A stretch of 30,727 nt of DNA from a virus. A model generated the notes under the pieces. It did no database searches. It had not been told where the DNA came from and saw only the letters and a program-made list of their open reading frames with translations. The stretch's first letter is position 1. Every line of letters starts with the position of its first letter. Location: UHGV virus genome UHGV-0157886. One strand, 5' to 3'. The position numbers were made by a program, and so were the translations under genes. This document shows, piece by piece, positions 18,485 through 25,751 of this stretch.

Positions 18485-18527
18485 AAGGTGTGAATCATGA
18501 AATACGAATTCGATGGATTTTGATGTC

Positions 18528-18539
18528 GTGACATGTCAC
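18528..18539. repeat. Perfect 12-bp palindrome GTGACATGTCAC, copy B
   Basis: Identical to copies at 1315-1326 and 20793-20804. Lies just downstream of the large terminase stop. Confidence 0.8.
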
Positions 18540-18543
18540 AAAC

Positions 18544-18570
18544 AGCCAGCCGATGAGCTGGCTTTGTTTT
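18544..18570. terminator. Hairpin AGCCAGC-CGATGA-GCTGGCT with T/A-rich flanks on both sides; possible bidirectional terminator after the large terminase gene
   Basis: 7-bp stem; TTGTTTT follows on the plus strand and GTTTG on the minus strand. Confidence 0.45.
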
Positions 18571-18613
18571 ATCCTCACCAGAGGATATCAGCAGCATTAT
18601 CCCCTCCAGAGGA

Positions 18614-20089
18614 TTAAGCATAGGGATCGTAATCTGTAATGGCCTTGCCTTGCTGGTTCTGCTGACCGGGAATTCGCAGACGCTTCGACACCGGGAAAGC
18701 AAACGTCAGCAGTAGCGCATCGCCTTTACCCGGCGAACGCCCAAGCCGCTCCTTGATATCTTCCTTCGGTTCGATAACGATTTTACCGTCCACGCGAACT
18801 TTGTACTCTGCCGCCGACAGGTCGTCCGCTGTTTCCTGGTCATCCAGCATGCCGCCCAGCCTCAGCCATGTCTTGCATGCATTGAACATCTCCCCACGCT
18901 TGTTAAGCATCTGCGGGTCAGTGGACGCACCGCCGAACGGAACAAGTTGCCATGTACGTCCCCAGCCATCACCGATTGACTTCAAACCGGTTCCGTAACC
19001 GAAGTCGATGAACACCGCGTCAGCCTGGTACTGGTCTTCAAAGTCAGCGATACGCTTCGCCATAATCAGATCGTCGGTTGTCTTGTTGCCAGTCCATAGC
19101 ACCTTACTGTGCAGCCCCTGCCGCAGGTATATCACCGCGTCATCAACGCCTGAATATGCCGGGTCAACACCGATTATCACCGGAGCATGCGCCACCTGCG
19201 CAGCGGTTACCACCCGTTTCATTGCCTCATCAGTAAGACCGGTAGGGATAAACTGCAATTCAGATGCATCAGGGAATATGCCGCGCACACGGATTTTAAC
19301 GAAGTCGCTGTCTTCCCCGTAGTCATCAACCCATTTCTGCAACTGCTGTTTGTTAGTGCCTTCCACCGTCCGGCTGTCAATCTGCGCAGTTTTCCAGCGG
19401 TGTTTATATTTGCGGAAACATTCACGGAATCGCCCGGTATTACGCGTCGGGTTTCCGAACGCCACCCAGATAATCTCAGTGTCTTCGTCCGTTAGCGCAC
19501 CTTCGGCAACTTCCCACACCAGATCCGCAATATTCGACGCTTCATCGAATACCACGATGATGCGTTTGCGCTCGTTGTGTAGTCCGGCGAATGCCTCAGT
19601 GTTGTGCTCAGACCAGGGGATTGCGTCAGCTCGCCACCGCTTGTCGTGTCCAGGGTCATTGCTGTACATCGCGGTAGCTGTACAGGTAAACCAGTCTTTC
19701 GTGATAGCAAGGTTTGACCACTTGATAATTTCCGGCCAGGTCTTCGTTCGTAGCTGGTTGTCGGTGTTGGCGGTCACCACGACCTTACAATCCTCGCAAG
19801 TGGACATGCCCCAGTTGATCAGCATTGAGATGAATGCGGATTTACCAATACCGTGACCCGAAGCACGTGCCAGCATAAGCGGCTGATAGCGCGTCTCTGG
19901 ATTCTGCAGGTGATCACGTATCTCTCGGAACGCATCAGCCTGCCACTTACGTGGGCCGGTAGCATGTGCCAGTTCAGTCCCCTCTTCCCCCCACGGGAAC
20001 GCATAGAGGGCATAGCCAAGCGGATCGTGAGTGAACCCTGCAATATCCTCGATCAACTGCTCTTCAGGAGATAACGCTGTATCTGTCAC
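18614..20089 (-). CDS. Terminase large subunit (491 aa)
   Basis: Walker-A-like ARASGHGIGKSA near the N-terminus. Size, acidic nuclease-like C-terminal half, and position immediately after the small subunit with overlapping stop/start. Confidence 0.8.
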   Translation of the reverse strand: MTDTALSPEEQLIEDIAGFTHDPLGYALYAFPWGEEGTELAHATGPRKWQADAFREIRDHLQNPETRYQPLMLARASGHGIGKSAFISMLINWGMSTCEDCKVVVTANTDNQLRTKTWPEIIKWSNLAITKDWFTCTATAMYSNDPGHDKRWRADAIPWSEHNTEAFAGLHNERKRIIVVFDEASNIADLVWEVAEGALTDEDTEIIWVAFGNPTRNTGRFRECFRKYKHRWKTAQIDSRTVEGTNKQQLQKWVDDYGEDSDFVKIRVRGIFPDASELQFIPTGLTDEAMKRVVTAAQVAHAPVIIGVDPAYSGVDDAVIYLRQGLHSKVLWTGNKTTDDLIMAKRIADFEDQYQADAVFIDFGYGTGLKSIGDGWGRTWQLVPFGGASTDPQMLNKRGEMFNACKTWLRLGGMLDDQETADDLSAAEYKVRVDGKIVIEPKEDIKERLGRSPGKGDALLLTFAFPVSKRLRIPGQQNQQGKAITDYDPYA

Positions 20090-20682
20090 TGATTACCATC
20101 CTGACGTTCTTTGAGTCGCTTCCTGGCTGCTGCTATGCGATCAGCAATTGTCACATTCACATTAACATCCAGACGTTCTTTGAACGCGTTGACATCAACA
20201 TGCTTACCAATCAGCTCAAGGTTCTTCACCTTGTCAGGCCATTTAATTTTTTTGAGGATTGTCTCTATCGAATCCTCGTTCATGTTCATGATGGTCGATG
20301 ACAGATCAAAGCCACTAAGCGTAGTGCGCCAGATTTTCGGCCACTCACGGATTGGTTTAAGGCTCCCATCGTCGTTGAGGATGTCGATCACGTCCATCTG
20401 GTCGATCTCCACCAGGCGCATGAGAACGTAATCAGCACTGACGCGCATTCGTTTGTTGCGCTCCTCCATCAACTCGGCAATCCGTTTTTGAATGCGTTCA
20501 TCGCGCATCATGACGCTGGCTTTAACTGCCGCTGTATTTGGGGAGAATCCTGCGTTAATCGCTGCCTGAGTCTGGTTTTCAGGCGTTTTGATGTATGACT
20601 GGCAATAAGCCTCCTGCATTGCTGTTAGTGGCTTAAATTGCGTTGATTTGCGTTTATAGGTTTTAGGTTCAGCAGGCATCAT
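20086..20682 (-). CDS. Terminase small subunit (about 198 aa)
   Basis: Basic helical N-terminus, then oligomerisation-like region, directly upstream of and overlapping the large subunit. The ORF-track start at 20760 adds a Thr/Val-rich extension that overlaps the operator repeats and a terminator, so the ATG pair at 20682/20679 (MMPAEPK...) is preferred. Confidence 0.55.
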   Translation of the reverse strand: MMPAEPKTYKRKSTQFKPLTAMQEAYCQSYIKTPENQTQAAINAGFSPNTAAVKASVMMRDERIQKRIAELMEERNKRMRVSADYVLMRLVEIDQMDVIDILNDDGSLKPIREWPKIWRTTLSGFDLSSTIMNMNEDSIETILKKIKWPDKVKNLELIGKHVDVNAFKERLDVNVNVTIADRIAAARKRLKERQDGNQ

Positions 20683-20691
20683 AACCACCGT

Positions 20692-20721
20692 GGTAATAGT
20701 TACCGTTGTGGTAATAGTACC
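20692..20721. promoter_or_regulatory. Cluster of TTACC/GGTAA half-sites, including a perfect TTACC-N5-GGTAA at 20700-20714, immediately upstream of the small terminase start
   Basis: GGTAAtagTTACCgttgtGGTAAtagTACC: four alternating half-sites. Confidence 0.5.
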
Positions 20722-20723
20722 AT

Positions 20724-20751
20724 GCAAAATAAAGCCGCCATAGTTGGCGGC
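20724..20751 (-). terminator. Intrinsic terminator in the leader of the packaging operon
   Basis: Hairpin GCCGCC-loop-GGCGGC (20734-20751) followed on the minus transcript by UUUAUUUUG. Confidence 0.55.
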
Positions 20752-20792
20752 AGTATCCAAAACCCGTCAAATTCATCATGCATAATCTACTC

Positions 20793-20804
20793 GTGACATG
20801 TCAC
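20793..20804. repeat. Perfect 12-bp palindrome GTGACATGTCAC, copy C
   Basis: Identical to copies A and B. Overlaps the stop codon of the 115-aa ORF upstream of the packaging operon. Confidence 0.8.
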
Positions 20805-21148
20805 ACTATTAATTTCGTTTCATGCCAGCCTTTAGTCACCCAGCATTGCGAGTCACCATTACACGGGCATGAATTAACGGGAACTCTCTCGCCGCACTTA
20901 CCGCAAAGTTTTCTGCTGATCGATTTTATACGCCCGCGCACACGTGCATCATCCTGGCGGATCAGCAGCGCGATGTACTCGGCCATTTCATAGGGATCGC
21001 GACCAGGGCGCCGGGCGGCGCAGTTCCGCGCCAGCATTTCCTGCTCCTGCTTATCCAGCACCAGTTCAATTTTGCGCTCACCGGCGGCGGACTGCCGAGC
21101 GCGCTGCGCGGCTTTGCGTTCTGCGGGGGATTTAGCCACGAATCGCAC
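20801..21148 (-). CDS. Hypothetical protein (112-115 aa) with basic N-terminus and C-terminal Cys cluster (CGKCG...CPCNGDSQC; possible zinc ribbon)
   Basis: GTG start. A second GTG at 21139 has GGAG 8 nt upstream and is the more likely start. High-GC region with competing frames, so the call is tentative. Confidence 0.35.
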   Translation of the reverse strand: MRFVAKSPAERKAAQRARQSAAGERKIELVLDKQEQEMLARNCAARRPGRDPYEMAEYIALLIRQDDARVRGRIKSISRKLCGKCGERVPVNSCPCNGDSQCWVTKGWHETKLIV

Positions 21149-21254
21149 TCCACGCCAGATTGATTAATGACTCCCAGGCAATATAAACCCGGATACCAGC
21201 AGCCAGGCCGAAACCAATCACCATGGCATAAAGCAGAGCGTTGCACTTGTTCAT
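21132..21254 (-). CDS. Small hydrophobic peptide (40 aa, single TM); not in the ORF track
   Basis: ATG at 21254-21252 overlaps the DUF551 stop (TAATG) and has AGGAGGTG 6 nt upstream. Product MNKCNALLYAMVIGFGLAAGIRVYIAWESLINLAWSAIRG. Confidence 0.45.
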   Translation of the reverse strand: MNKCNALLYAMVIGFGLAAGIRVYIAWESLINLAWSAIRG

Positions 21255-22099
21255 TACTTCACCTCCTGCGGTGGTTCCGGTAGCGGCATCCAGTGGGTTA
21301 CGTCATCTAGGATATTTCCTGATAAATACGTGAAAGCTCTGTATTTTTTGTAATCAATTGGATTTACAACCCAGTTCCAATATGCGGCCACGATTTCACC
21401 TTGACTAAATGCCAGTAACATTTTGGTGTCTTCCGGCATTCGCTCACTACAGCTTATCCAACCATCCGGAGTTACCGGAGAGTTGCCAGCGGCCTCGGGC
21501 ATATCCGGACCTTTGCGAATAGCCTTTGCAAGCTCAACAGGGTCATCGTAAAGCCAGTCGCCAGTTTGTGGGTGATTTGCTTCTGCAAGCTGCGCAGCCC
21601 ATTCAAGACCATCTTTTTGACCTTGGAGATAATCAAGCGGCAACTCTTCATGATTACTTGCAGGTTCGGCACTATGAAGCATGGCGGCGCGGCAGGCGTT
21701 CCAGCCTCTCACCTCTGCAATAGCGGCAACAGCATCAACCGCGTACATGCTAAGAGGATTAGGCATTGGTTTTTCTTCCGGTACTACTGGCACTGGAGGG
21801 GTGGCGTAGAGTGGAACTCCTCCCCCTCCACCAGAAAATTCATTGCGAGCGTTATACTCACGACCATCTGCGTCATCACGCATCCACGCCACCGGTTCTG
21901 CTCCCAGTGATGCCAGTGCAATTCGTGCCAGCTCACGCACAACTTCAGGGGGCGCGTGACGGTCATTCAGGTCATCCCACAGACGTAGCATGTTATCGCT
22001 ATCAGGGTTAACATCCTCATTAGTTCCGGCCAGCGCACTAATAACCTCATCGGCTGCTTCAATAATTTTCTGTGCCTGTTCTCTGGTAATAGTGGTCAT
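21254..22099 (-). CDS. DUF551-domain phage protein (281 aa)
   Basis: C-terminal segment DGWISCSERMPEDTK...YWNWVVNPIDYKKYRAFTYL...THWMPLPEPP matches the DUF551 signature as I remember it. Start overlaps the upstream stop (ATGA). Confidence 0.6.
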   Translation of the reverse strand: MTTITREQAQKIIEAADEVISALAGTNEDVNPDSDNMLRLWDDLNDRHAPPEVVRELARIALASLGAEPVAWMRDDADGREYNARNEFSGGGGGVPLYATPPVPVVPEEKPMPNPLSMYAVDAVAAIAEVRGWNACRAAMLHSAEPASNHEELPLDYLQGQKDGLEWAAQLAEANHPQTGDWLYDDPVELAKAIRKGPDMPEAAGNSPVTPDGWISCSERMPEDTKMLLAFSQGEIVAAYWNWVVNPIDYKKYRAFTYLSGNILDDVTHWMPLPEPPQEVK

Positions 22100-22305
22100 T
22101 TGTTAATCCTCAAAACTTTATGCCCGGGCGCAAAAGCACGTGTTTTGTCTTTACTTATTCGCCACCCGTCTTTACGGGCCTCTTTTGCACAACCAGACCA
22201 TGACGTACCGATATACTCACCGAAGTCTGGCACTGGATATACACCTTCCGTACACTGGCGGCAGTCACAATAGAGATGCATGGTGTAACTTGCGGCAATA
22301 GCCAT
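22096..22305 (-). CDS. Small Cys-rich hypothetical protein (69 aa)
   Basis: ATG at 22305 with AAGGAG upstream (the track start at 22338 is less likely). Confidence 0.4.
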   Translation of the reverse strand: MAIAASYTMHLYCDCRQCTEGVYPVPDFGEYIGTSWSGCAKEARKDGWRISKDKTRAFAPGHKVLRINK

Positions 22306-22306
22306 A

Positions 22307-22792
22307 TCATTCTCCTTTGATGCGAATGCCTGTTGCAATGCTGTTTATGATGCTGTCAGTGCATGGGGTAGAAAGCTGGGCATCTCCAGCAATTTTCATG
22401 ACCTCAACATCTGCATATCGAATACCGAGGTGTATCAGACCGGCTATGCCTGACTTAAGCCGAGCATTTTCCATAAATAGAACTTTTGCCCGCTGTTTTT
22501 CTGCTTCAAGCTCAACGCGCAGCTTCCCTACCGTTAGCGCAATATCCTCGTTCTCCTGATCGCGGCTTTTGATGTATTGCAGGTTTCTTTCCCGTTCATC
22601 CAGCAGTGCCAGCACGGTTTCTGGTCCGGTCAGAAATTTGAAGGCGTTGAGCGCATCAATATCCACACCGTAATCTTTAAGTTCCTGTTCACTTAACAAG
22701 TCATCATCAGCTGGCAACATTAACAGGCGTTCCATTGCTGGAATTGCACGTTCCGCCACCTCACGCAGTGCCTGATAATCAATCTTGCTCAC
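22307..22792 (-). CDS. Ea22-like (ead) early protein (about 162 aa)
   Basis: GTG at 22792 with GGAGG 6 nt upstream, overlapping the upstream stop (GTGA). Contains IDYQALREVAERA and LLDERERNLQYIKSRDQENEDIALTVGKLR, which I recall as Ea22-family motifs. Confidence 0.5.
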   Translation of the reverse strand: MSKIDYQALREVAERAIPAMERLLMLPADDDLLSEQELKDYGVDIDALNAFKFLTGPETVLALLDERERNLQYIKSRDQENEDIALTVGKLRVELEAEKQRAKVLFMENARLKSGIAGLIHLGIRYADVEVMKIAGDAQLSTPCTDSIINSIATGIRIKGE

Positions 22793-23352
22793 TGGTTGCC
22801 TCCTTTGCGAATCTGTTCCGCCCATTCTTCAAGGGATTTCTCCGCATATTCACCGGACAGGCCATCAATCGGATGCGGTTCATTAGCCAACTCTTCTTTC
22901 GCTGACAAAATCATGCGTGTAACGTCGAAAACTTCACGCAAAGACTTATTGATAAATCCGTGATTGAACGCAGCAGCAAGACGGCTTGCGGTGTAGTTAA
23001 TCCCCTCGTTGCGTGCCTCCGCACGTACTTCAGCCAGAAAAGCATCGGTGGCTGGCATATTTCCTGTTGCCTTCATGGCCTCCAAAATAACCAGAACGCC
23101 ATCTCTCCCAATCTCCTCGCAGATGACCTCGGTGCTGTCGCCAACAACATCGCAAAATGCCTGAACTGCTTTACGAGCCAGCTCATTCTCCGCCGCCAGC
23201 GCATTAGCACGCACCAGTTGCACTTCCAGTTGCGTTGCCAAATCGCTGATCAGCTTTGCTACACTGCGCATATCAACGGCACCACATTCAGCTTTCAGTT
23301 CCGAAGCCATCTCATGCCCGGCGGCAACTAACCCTTTGATATTACCGTCCAT
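22789..23352 (-). CDS. Hypothetical early protein (187 aa), helical
   Basis: GAGGG upstream of the ATG at 23352. No family recognised. Confidence 0.45.
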   Translation of the reverse strand: MDGNIKGLVAAGHEMASELKAECGAVDMRSVAKLISDLATQLEVQLVRANALAAENELARKAVQAFCDVVGDSTEVICEEIGRDGVLVILEAMKATGNMPATDAFLAEVRAEARNEGINYTASRLAAAFNHGFINKSLREVFDVTRMILSAKEELANEPHPIDGLSGEYAEKSLEEWAEQIRKGGNQ

Positions 23353-23413
23353 CTTTACCCTCGCTTATCCACATAACTTATTGATTACATTGATAACTAA
23401 AAAGATCGTCGAT

Positions 23414-23758
23414 TCAGAACTCTTCGATGTTCCAGCCACCACCTGCTTTCTTTGGTTTAACCGTTACCCCGATGATTCGGAACGGATACTGATCTGCGGC
23501 GACTTTGGTTTTCACCCTGGCGTCGTCGGTCCAGAAACCTTTCACTTCGTGCAGTTCCATCTCGCCGGTGGCGAGCATCACAGCAAAATCGGGCGTATAG
23601 AACGTGTTGTCAGCTAACCGAAGCTTGATACCCTCAAATCGATACCAGACGATTTCTCCTGCACGTTTACGCAGCTCAAGGTGCTGGCAATACGCAGATT
23701 CTGTTTTGTTCATCTGGCCTGTTTTGAGTCGACCAAGAGCCTGTATCTGTTTTCTCAT
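23414..23758 (-). CDS. DUF1064-family phage protein (114 aa)
   Basis: Size and motifs (YCQHLE...GEI..Y.FEGIKL...YTPDF...EVKG) fit DUF1064 as I remember it. Located just after the replication genes. Confidence 0.5.
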   Translation of the reverse strand: MRKQIQALGRLKTGQMNKTESAYCQHLELRKRAGEIVWYRFEGIKLRLADNTFYTPDFAVMLATGEMELHEVKGFWTDDARVKTKVAADQYPFRIIGVTVKPKKAGGGWNIEEF

Positions 23759-23761
23759 GAT

Positions 23762-23838
23762 TTACCTCTGAGGTAATTAAAAACCACATAAGACACGAAA
23801 TCAATAGATTTTAGAATATTTTATTACCTAACAGGTAA
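23762..23838. promoter_or_regulatory. Two perfect TTACC-N5-GGTAA sites (23762-23776 and 23824-23838) flanking an AACCACATA box (23782-23790) and a minus-strand TTGATT-N17-TTTAAT promoter-like element
   Basis: The proximal site overlaps the Shine-Dalgarno sequence (GAGG) of the DUF1064 gene. Confidence 0.5.
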
Positions 23839-23875
23839 TTGTCGAGGCGTAAAAAAATGCGCTATCGCGCTGGTA

Positions 23876-24676
23876 TTACTTGATAAATCCTGCCGCCTTT
23901 CCCCGCCTGTATTCCTCCATCAGCCACTGCGCCGGTGTTATTCCCCCAAGGGTGGCGGCGTTAGGCATGCACCCGAAACTTCGCCCTGGTGGATGGTAAA
24001 CGTCTCTCCCTGTGTCCGGAGGCGTACTCATGGGCTCTGGCTTTGCCTGTATGCTGATCACCGGATCGGGTATCTGCTGTCCGGAAGCCACCTTTTTCGC
24101 CCAATCATCGAGCAGCCTGCGTGCGTGTTTCTCAACCTCAATCTCGCTAAGCTGGCGCTGATACATTGCACGGCGGGTATCACATACGACCCAGTACATA
24201 ACCGGATGTCGCCACGGGAATCTTTCGGGACCACCAGGATATAAACTTTTTTCCTTGCTGTACCGGTGAAACTCCGCCATCACATCGTCAATGGTGACGC
24301 CAAGAACCATCTTGCTGTCTTTGCACCACTTGATAAATTGCCCTGGAGACGGCCAGAACGGAGATTCACTGGCGCGGGCGTGGCGCATACCAGCAGAAAC
24401 CTGTTCACGGGTTCGGATCCCCCCTTCGGCAAACGCAGCAATCCACTGCTGTTTTGCAGCAACTTCCTGCTCTGGCGTCTTCAGGTTGGTTACCACTGCC
24501 GCCGGAAACAGTTGTTTCAGCTGTTTAAAAAGGGCATCAACAAGCCTCTCTGCTGACATGTTCACCACATTGTCATTGTTGACGTACTGATGCTCATAAC
24601 CTGACATGCGAGAAAGGGCTTCTCCGTCACGGTTTTGTATCGCGGTAAAAACGTTGTTCACAAGAAATCCTCCCAT
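23876..24676 (-). CDS. Replication protein P-like helicase loader (lambda P family)
   Basis: LFPAAVVTNLKTPEQEVAAKQQWIAAFAEGGIRTREQVSAGMRHARASESPFWPSPGQFIKWCKD aligns by eye with lambda P (LATFPASLANRDQNEVNEIRRQWVLAFRENGITTMEQVNAGMRVARRQNRPFLPSPGQFVAWCRE). Exact start uncertain; overlaps the 3' end of the O-like gene. Confidence 0.75.
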   Translation of the reverse strand: MGGFLVNNVFTAIQNRDGEALSRMSGYEHQYVNNDNVVNMSAERLVDALFKQLKQLFPAAVVTNLKTPEQEVAAKQQWIAAFAEGGIRTREQVSAGMRHARASESPFWPSPGQFIKWCKDSKMVLGVTIDDVMAEFHRYSKEKSLYPGGPERFPWRHPVMYWVVCDTRRAMYQRQLSEIEVEKHARRLLDDWAKKVASGQQIPDPVISIQAKPEPMSTPPDTGRDVYHPPGRSFGCMPNAATLGGITPAQWLMEEYRRGKAAGFIK

Positions 24677-25455
24677 GCTTCAGGGCTGTTCCAGTGCGGA
24701 ACGTTGTTATCAGGTAATGTTGATTGCTTCTGTCTGCTAATCTGCAGCCGCCTTGCCAGCTTCTGCTCCCACTGTGCCTGATGGTATGCCTTACCCTCAG
24801 CCATCCAGTAAATTCTGAACTCTGCAAGTTCCTGTGCCGTTGGCAGACTGTCCAGGTAGATCCCCTGCAATGAGCTTTTCCGAAGAAAGTCATCTGATGG
24901 CTGCCATTGTTCATGCATGACAAATTTGCCTAATTGCCCTGGCCCACCAGGAGGAACAAAGTTATTCATCACGGCGTTGTTTGCTCCGGGGTCATGAGGC
25001 ACAGAATCCCCGCTTTTTGTCCTGCTCTCCCTCTCTTGGTTAAATGACTGGTTATATGACTGGTTCTGGATCCCGTTTTTGGGATCATTCAACATCCCGT
25101 TTTTGGGATCATTCAACATCCCGTTTTTGGGTATATTCCCGTTTTCGGGTTCATTGCCCCCCTCCCGGTTGCCTTTAATGTTCCCGTTTTTGGTTATATT
25201 AAGAGAGAAAACCCGCACTCTTTTTGTCGCTCCCTTTCTCTCTCCGGTATCTGAAATAAGCCCCATTTTCATGAGCGATATAAGCCCGGCCTGCACGGTT
25301 TTTTTATTCAGGCAAGTGTCTTTAACGAGGCGTTCTATGCTGGGGTAGCAGAGGTTATATTCATCGGCTCTGTCAGCCATCGAGAGCAGTATGAGCTTTA
25401 ATGATGAGCTACCTGGATCTGTCTCCCAGGCCCAATCTGTTGCATGTCTGCTCAT
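24658..25455 (-). CDS. Replication initiator, lambda O-like (N-terminal winged-helix domain), with origin iterons inside the gene
   Basis: N-terminal LKLILLSMADRADEYNLCYPSIERLVKDTCLNKKTVQAGLISLMKMGLI matches the phage replication-initiator HTH pattern. The repeated peptide NGNIPKNGMLNDPKNGMLNDPKNG is encoded by tandem DNA repeats, as in lambda O/ori. Confidence 0.7.
   Translation of the reverse strand: MSRHATDWAWETDPGSSSLKLILLSMADRADEYNLCYPSIERLVKDTCLNKKTVQAGLISLMKMGLISDTGERKGATKRVRVFSLNITKNGNIKGNREGGNEPENGNIPKNGMLNDPKNGMLNDPKNGIQNQSYNQSFNQERESRTKSGDSVPHDPGANNAVMNNFVPPGGPGQLGKFVMHEQWQPSDDFLRKSSLQGIYLDSLPTAQELAEFRIYWMAEGKAYHQAQWEQKLARRLQISRQKQSTLPDNNVPHWNSPEAWEDFL
25071..25200. repeat. Tandem direct repeats (iterons; about 24-bp unit TCCCGTTTTTGGGATCATTCAACA, 2 perfect and about 3 degenerate copies); probable replication origin
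   Basis: Copies at 25071-25094 and 25095-25118 are identical; degenerate copies follow through about 25200. A/T-rich stretch adjacent. Confidence 0.65.
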
Positions 25456-25470
25456 GATTAATCTCCGCTA

Positions 25471-25671
25471 TCAGTTTGAGTGTTGTGGGGAGGAATTAAT
25501 CATGATCTGCTTAATCTCTGCCCTGATGCGACGGTTTGATTCCATGGTGCACTCAACACAGTGTCCGTTGTAAACCCAGCGTTCACTGTCATGTCCGTGC
25601 TTACATGGTTTTCCGGTGTAGTAGCGTTTAAGTCCGCGCTTTGCGGCATCAATACGTGTAATGATTTCCAT
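25471..25671 (-). CDS. Small Zn-ribbon-like protein (66 aa; CxH...CxxC) in the position lambda gives to cII
   Basis: ATG at 25671 (MEIITRIDAAKR...). The longer track ORF starting at 25734 has an implausible hydrophobic extension. Not CII-like by sequence. Confidence 0.4.
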   Translation of the reverse strand: MEIITRIDAAKRGLKRYYTGKPCKHGHDSERWVYNGHCVECTMESNRRIRAEIKQIMINSSPQHSN

Positions 25672-25751
25672 GGTAAGCCCTGTTATTAGTATTGGGATTA
25701 CGGTTATTTTGTGCTGACACAAAAAAAAGATCAACCATATTTGGTTTTTTA

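Noticed and set aside
20683-20760. N-terminal extension of the small terminase ORF (MDTAANYGGFILHGTITTTVTITTVVM)
   Set aside because: The Thr/Val-rich low-complexity translation is produced by the GGTAA/TTACC operator repeats and overlaps a terminator hairpin. The internal ATG pair at 20682/20679 is the more plausible start.
23365-23373. Perfect DnaA box TTATCCACA
   Set aside because: A single 9-mer is expected about 0.2 times by chance in 30 kb and there is no cluster of boxes or adjacent AT-rich unwinding element. Noted but not called.
25071-25200. Tandem repeats as a possible CRISPR array
   Set aside because: Repeats are contiguous with no unique spacers, only about 24 bp, degenerate, and lie inside the O-like gene. 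They are origin iterons, not CRISPR.
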